Shown: positions 57,646-64,000 of the stretch, in pieces | Position numbering within the stretch: the first letter of the stretch is position 1 | How the letters are laid out: each line of letters begins with the position of its first letter | Source of the DNA: Macrostomum lignano | Lineage: Eukaryota | Assembly: GCA_002269645.1 (NCBI GenBank) | Contig: NIVC01000070.1 | Location: 372,001-436,000 of the forward strand | Direction of reading: 5' to 3' | Length of the DNA: 64,000 nt | Made by a program: the position numbers and the translations under genes | Notes under the pieces: model-generated | Seen by the model: only the letters and a program-made list of their open reading frames with translations | The model's database searches: none | What the model was told of the DNA's origin: nothing

Positions 57646-59519
57646 GATTTTGGCCCGCTCGGACGCAACTACTTCTTCTTACTTTGGCTCGGGCCCAGCG
57701 CGCAACTTCTGGTTCCCGGAGCACGACCGTCGTTTCTTGATCCCCGGATTGCAACTTCCCCCATCATCATCAAGGACGAGTCCCCCGGTCGACAGCAGCG
57801 AACATCCAGTTAAGAGCATCACCTGCTAGCTAACAGCGAAGATTGTGACAGCATCATCCCGAGTCTACAGCTGCAGAGCATCGAGCCGATTCGGTCACCG
57901 TGGAATACCTGGTCTCCGGCTGTTGAGTTTCTGATTGGTTGGGTGAGAGGCTACCTAGACTTGCTTGATTGGGTGATCCCTTTTCTGTCCCCTGTTGCAG
58001 TAGCTGAATTAGGCGCACACTTTTGCTCATTTTGTTCAGTAGTGCTGTTGCTGAGGCAGGAATCATTCAATAATACTGCCAGTAGTCTAAGACTCCAATT
58101 CAATCTAAAGTGTGAAGTGAATTAAGGAGAAGGTTAAATCTAACAGTTATCTTTGTCGGCTTTATTTCTTTGTTCGCCGGTGGCTCAGATGAGTAGCTAA
58201 GCTAGTAGGCGCCGGTCACAGTGGACCAATGGCAAGGCAGTTCTCAGTCGACCAATCTAACAAATCAGTGAGCAAAACTGCCAGAAGTGCAGAATCGGCG
58301 CCAGAGATGTACTTTGTGCACTCTAGGGTAGCCAAGCGGCTCGGGTAAATGAATCATGCGGTCTCTGAAGTTCGAGTTAGCCTATCATCAGCGCTATGAG
58401 AGGCTAGTTGGCGCGTTGAAGGCTAAAAGTACATATCTTCGTATTTAGCAATGTAATAGTACATGTAGCTACCCCATAGACTCGCCACCGCAAGAATCCC
58501 CTGCACAAGTCCCCTCTGTACCTGCATGGCCAACGCGATCTAGTCCCAGCAGTGTCCCTTATCATCGGCTATGACTTCGAGATTGACAGCAAAAAGACAC
58601 TAGTTGGCAGGTAAGTGCAAAGCCCCTTCTAGTCGGAAGCCCGATTTCGAGAGTCCCGGTGTGGTGAGCCAGGGCGCACGGGCTGGTGGCAGCAAGTTAG
58701 TTGATCTGCGGATTAGCTAATTTCTACTTTAAAAATTCTCCCTGCTCGTCTCTCGCTGTCCCTCTCTTAGCTATAGGACCTAGACTGCTCGCCACACGAT
58801 CAAGCTACCATGGGGCTGACCATCTGACAGGAGTGGGGGGCCAGGTCTCTAATTGATTTATTTCTGAGCCTGAGGCCCGAAGGCTTCCCTAACAAGGAGC
58901 CCGAAGGTCGAAACCCATCAATAGATTCATTTAGTGTAATTTTTACTGAATTACATGCATGTATAATTGCATTTAATTTTGTAATTCGGATTCCGACAAA
59001 ACCGATGTTACAGTATAATATCAGCTATACTAAAAAATATTACTATAGGCTGCCACAAAACATAAATTTGGCTGGACTTTGTGGCTGCACTGCGACATCA
59101 CTGTTCACCTTAAATCTTTGTTTCGTCAGCGATAGTTTCAAGAGTTGCAAAAGCTCAAACTCTTAGCAAACGAGTTTTTTACGCCCAATAGAACTAGATG
59201 AGAAGTTGTAAAAAGATTTCCAGTAACTGTAACTCAAACTGATCAGTAAAAAATTGACAGATTCGCCTCATTGGTTCTCGGCAGAGCTGCATTCATATTG
59301 ATGTGCGGAATGCGACAGAGAATGCAATAGCAACTGATGAGGTGAGTTTTACCGCATGCTGTACGCTTTAATCCGCGATTACATGTGAACATGCACTAAC
59401 CTGCAGCAGCTACCGTTCAGAACGCACGGAGTACCGCTAACCAACAAGTATACTCATCACAATAGACCACTACGGATTCTGAAATTATCCGAAATAGCTA
59501 TCCTTAAAGATCGCTGTCT

Positions 59520-60560
59520 ATGGCATCCAGCGATCAGCAGGAGCAGAAGTCGGAGCCCGACTCCCTGATGCGGCGGCTCCGCGAGAAGGCGCTGATCGGC
59601 TTCGCCCAGCAGACCACAGCGCACGGACTTGTGCGCCTGACGCAGGGCTCGGGACTGCGCCGCCTTATCTGGGCTCTGGCCATCCTGGGAGCCTGCGTCG
59701 GGTTCTCCCTGCATCTTGCAGAGCTCACCCAGCGTTACATCAGCTACCCAGTGAACACCGAGTTCTCCAACGAAGGAGCAGACTTCAAATTTCCTACTGT
59801 GACCATCTGCCCGACCAATGAGTTTGCTTATGCTTGCGTCAATTTAGAGAGCAACTACTCAATTCCAGGTATGACTGTTTACTATTGTTCTCAGTTTCTG
59901 GTCTTAATTTTACGTGCTTTATCATGCCTTTCAGGGTATAAAAAATGTCTTTGGACGATGATGTTTGACGCCCCGTATATTTACTACGTGCTCAGCCAGA
60001 AAGATTGGAACACTTCAGTGTCTGAATATCCATACGAATTTTACCCGGACGGAAAGTTTGCACTTCGATTTTTGGCCTATCGCGGATTCAACTTTGCCCG
60101 GGCATACGAAGTCGTGATTTATTGCCGCTACAAGGCTAAGGAATGCACCTACGACAACTTCACTGTGTACAAAGATGAAAAAAAGTGAGCGAAGATAACG
60201 TTAACACATGGTTAGAGGTAGAGGTGCTTCAATCAGCGCATATTTACAGTTCAAGATTAGTGAAATAAGATTGAGATTTAAATTATTCAATTTTATAGCG
60301 CTCGAGACTGTAGATGTGACTGCAGTATTACTCGTAAATTGACAAACCAACAATTTTCATCTCGTTCAGCACCTCGGAATGGACATAAAATTTTTTCAGT
60401 TTCTGGTGCTACTCCTTCAGTCCGTCAAACCGAAGCATCATCAATGTGGGTGAGGGCAGCGGGCTGTACCTGCTGCTCCACCTAAGAGGCGACGCGTTTC
60501 TCACTGACGAAGAACAAATTGACTACGTGCCCGGCTTCCGGGTGGCTCTGCACGAGAACG
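59520..60560 (+). CDS. DEG/ENaC/ASIC-family sodium channel, 5' part; exons 59520-59868, 59935-60184, 60400-60560, remainder presumably beyond the window
   Basis: FAQQTTAHGL (HG motif), RRLIW-TM1, YISYPVNT, FKFPTVTICP, YCRYKAKEC..NF, CYSF..G.GSGLYLLL, GFRVALH. GT-AG introns in phases 1, 2, 1. Confidence 0.9.
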
Positions 60561-61569
60561 GTGAGAGAGGCTCTCCTATTTAACCTGTATCTGGGCTCCA
60601 AAGTCTGCACAGGGCCGTGGTGCCGTGCAAAAATGCTATCGAAAATTCATACTTCCTAGTATCAATTGGACTTTGACAGCAAAATTTTATGTCAGGGACT
60701 ACTAAAACAGGTGCTTCGTACCTTTGTTTCATGACAGTGTTTAACTGCATGGTATAATACTCTAGTAGTCCTTTCGGTTTCTCACGCCTAGATTTCTATT
60801 CACTGTTGCACAATCGGAGGTGTGCGAAACGTTTTAATTGCTGCTGTCATCGATTATTTGTCTCCCAACACGCAAAGCATCTGGTTTTCAATGGTCTCCA
60901 TTCTGTTTTTCCATTTATTTGTATGTTGCTATTAAGGATCATTTTAAAACGGCATAGATATTTTGGAATTTTCCTCCTATATACTAAAAAGGAGTTGTCT
61001 GTATGTGGGTAGGTATGCGATAGATTTCAGAAAAATGGCTCAACCGATTTTCTTCAAACTTGCACCATTTGATCAGAAATTTTCTTGGGACGGTACATGC
61101 ATCTTGGCTAAGAAATTGCTCAATTTTAAAGGGATTAAATATTCGAAAAACATGCTTTTTTGCAAAGTTCAAGCAGCTCTTTCGACCTGAAATGCATTGT
61201 AAGAATGCTAGAGAAAAAACTGACTGGCTGAAGTCCGATTGTGATAAAGATTGCATCACAACAAGTTGAAAACAGAGCCAAAGAAATGCACACACGACTT
61301 GATTAAAATTGCGTAACCATATTGCTAACTTAAATTGAGACTGATACTGGCTTACTGAGAAATTGATTATGTCATAAATTTTTACTCCAATTGACTTGCT
61401 GTAAGAATTGAATTATAAGGGCCACAATTCATGTTCTCCAATTGAAAAGAGATAGCCAGATGCGAACAGACTGGACTGCATGTAGCGACCTGGGTTCGAA
61501 TCTTAGTAGTGCAAAAAGATTTTTTTATTAAAACACCTTAAAAACACGAAACTGCTAAACATAAAAGAA

Positions 61570-62885
61570 GCGCAATGTCAAACATATAAGTGGCACCACG
61601 TCGAACATTAAAGAGCCACTATGTCAAACATAATAGAGCCACCATGTCAAAAATATACGTGACTCCATGTCAAACATATACGCGTCTCCATGTCAAAAAT
61701 TAAAGAGCCACAATGCCAAACATATACGTGACTGCATGTCTAACATTAAAGAGCCACCATTTCAAACATAAAAGAGCTACCATGTGAAACATAAAAGAGA
61801 CATCATGCCAAACATAAAAAAGCCACTATCTTAAACATATACGTGACTCCATGTCAAACATTGAACACATAAAAGAGACACCATGTCGCACAAAAGGGAG
61901 CCACCATGTCAAACATGAAAAAGTCACCATGTCGAATATTAAACAGCCACCATGTCAAACATAAAAGAGACACCATGTCAAACATATACGTGACTACATG
62001 TCAAACATTAAAGAGCCACCATGTCAAACATTAAAGAGCCACCCTGTTAAACATGAAAGAACCACCATGTCGAGTATTAAAGAGCCACCATGTCAAGCAT
62101 AAAAGAGCTACCATCTCAAACATAAAAGAGCCACCATGTCAAACATATACGTGACTCCATGTCGAACATTAAAGAGCCACAATGCCAAACATATACGTGA
62201 CTGCATGTCTAACATTAAAGAGCTAGCATGTGAAACATAAAAGAGTTACCATGTGAAACATAAAAAAGACATCATTCCAAACATAAAAGAGCCACAATCT
62301 TAAACATATACGTGACTCCATGTCAAACATTAAACACATAAAAGAGATACCATGCCACACAAAAGGGAGCCACCATGTCAAACATGAAAAAGTCACCATG
62401 TCGAACATTAAACAGCCACCATATCAAACATAAAAGAGCCACCATGTTAAACATATACGTAACTCCATGTCAAACTTTAAAGAGCCACCATGTCAAACAT
62501 TGAAAAAGTCACCATGTCGAATCTTAAAGAGCCACCATGTCAAGCATAAAAGAGCCACCATGTCAAACGAGCCACCATGTCAAACATTAAACATTAAACA
62601 GAAAAGAGGCACCATGTCAAACATAAAAGAGCCACCATTTCAAACATAAAAATGCTACCAAGTAAGACATATAAGAGCCACCATGTCAAACATAAAAGAG
62701 ACACCATGTCAAACATAGAAGAGCCACCGTGTCAACATAGAAGAGACACCATGTAAAAAATAGAAGAGCCACCATTTCAAACATAAAAATGCTACCAAGT
62801 AAGACATATAAGAGCCACCATGTCAAACATTAAAGAGCCACCATTTCAAACATAAAAGAGCCACCGTTTCAAACATAAAAATGAG
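61570..62885. repeat. Diverged ~21-22-bp minisatellite (AAAGAGCCACCATGTCAAACAT) with ~469-bp higher-order repeat
   Basis: Diagnostic variant CAAAAGGGAG at 61891 and 62360. Confidence 0.9.
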
Positions 62886-62939
62886 TGTCATGCCAAACAA
62901 AATGGAGCCACTATAAAGCTATGGAAGTTTTTGCACTAG

Positions 62940-63460
62940 CTACTTGCTATCAGGTGGATGCTTGCTTTCTGAGGGATGCTTGCTATCCGAGAGATGCTTG
63001 CTACTGGGGTTACCTGCCATTGGGAGATGCTTGCTCTTGGGGGGTGGAGGGTACTTGCTATCTGAGAGCGGGTTGCTAGATATCTATATGGTCTCTTTTT
63101 ATCCAGGTTATGCTTGCTATCTGGGGTTGCTTGCGGTCTAGAGGATGCTTGCTATATGGGGGATGCTTGCTATTCGGGGGGATGCTTGCTATTCGGGGGG
63201 ATGCTTGCTATCTGGGGGATGCTTGCTATCTGGGGGATGCTTGCTATATGGGGGATGCTTGCTATCTGGGGGATGCTTGCTATTTGGGGGATGCTTGCCA
63301 TCTGGGGGATGCTTGCTATCTGGGGTCTGGGGATGCTTGCTATCTGAGGGATGCTTGCTATCTGGGGTTTCTTGCTATCTGGGGGATGTTTGCAGTCTGG
63401 GGGATGCTTGCTATTTGGGGATCAATGCTTGAATGCTCTCTGGGGATGCTTGCTGTATTG
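62940..63460 (+). repeat. 18-bp minisatellite (GGGGGATGCTTGCTATCT), left arm of an inverted pair
   Basis: About 25 copies, more diverged at the edges. Confidence 0.93.
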
Positions 63461-63624
63461 GGATGTTTTGTTTTTAGAGGGAACTAGCAATCTTCGCCCC
63501 CCGATGGGGGACATCTGGATAGAATCTCTGTTTTCTAAAGTAACAAAAAGACAGCCAAAAATCCTTCAAAAAGACAACAGACAAACTGCTCAAATGAAGT
63601 GCATTGCAAAAAGAAATCATCCCA

Positions 63625-64000
63625 AGACTGCAAGCATCCCCAGATAGCAAGCATCCCCTAGATAGCAAGCATCCCCAAGATGGCAAGCATCCCCCAGATA
63701 GCAAGCATCCCCCAGATTGCAAGCATCCCCCAGATAGCAAGCATCCCCAAGATAGCAAGCATCCCTCAGATAGCAAGCATCCCCCAGATAGCAAGCATCC
63801 CCCAGATAGCAAGCATCCCCCAGATAGCAAGCATCCCCCAGATAGCAAGCATCCCCCAGAAAGCAAGCATCCCTCAGATAGCAAGCATCCCCCAGATAGC
63901 AAGCATCCCCCAGATAGCAAGCATCCCCCAGATAGCAAGCATCCCCCAGATAGCAAGCATCCCCCAGATAGCAAGCATCCCCCAGATAGCAAGCATCCCC
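63625..64000 (-). repeat. Same 18-bp unit inverted (AGATAGCAAGCATCCCCC), right arm, runs off the window
   Basis: About 20 near-perfect copies; exact reverse complement of the left-arm unit. Confidence 0.95.

Noticed and set aside
61485-61510. GGGTTCGAATC B-box (tRNA or SINE?)
   Set aside because: Isolated box with no cloverleaf or recognisable SINE body.
63110-63992. GGCLLS / GDACYL repeat ORFs
   Set aside because: Translations of the 18-bp inverted arrays.

Overview
Eukaryotic (metazoan) genomic DNA: GC-rich spliced exons, AT-rich intergenic DNA, and introns packed with tandem repeats. This style resembles the free-living flatworm Macrostomum, but that is inference only. I reconstructed eight intron-containing genes by hand from splice sites, phase continuity and family motifs: TNFAIP8/TIPE (-), IFT70/TTC30 (+), a muscarinic/histamine-type class A GPCR (+), TCAIM (-), an aldo-keto reductase (-), MAEA (-), KCTD9 (+) and the 5' part of a DEG/ENaC channel (+). 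Two tRNA-derived SINE types are present, one with a CORE-like domain. The dominant unexplained structure is that 21 of the 25 introns I could define carry their own micro- or minisatellite array, each nearly always a different unit, often abutting a splice site and often built from splice-signal-like words. Other oddities are a satellite shared between introns of two neighbouring genes, a stepwise-mutating tetranucleotide gradient, and a fold-back of two inverted 18-bp arrays at the window end. Most long ORFs in the supplied track are repeat read-through artefacts. No CRISPR array, rRNA or bona fide tRNA was found. Repeat boundaries and copy numbers are approximate, read by eye.
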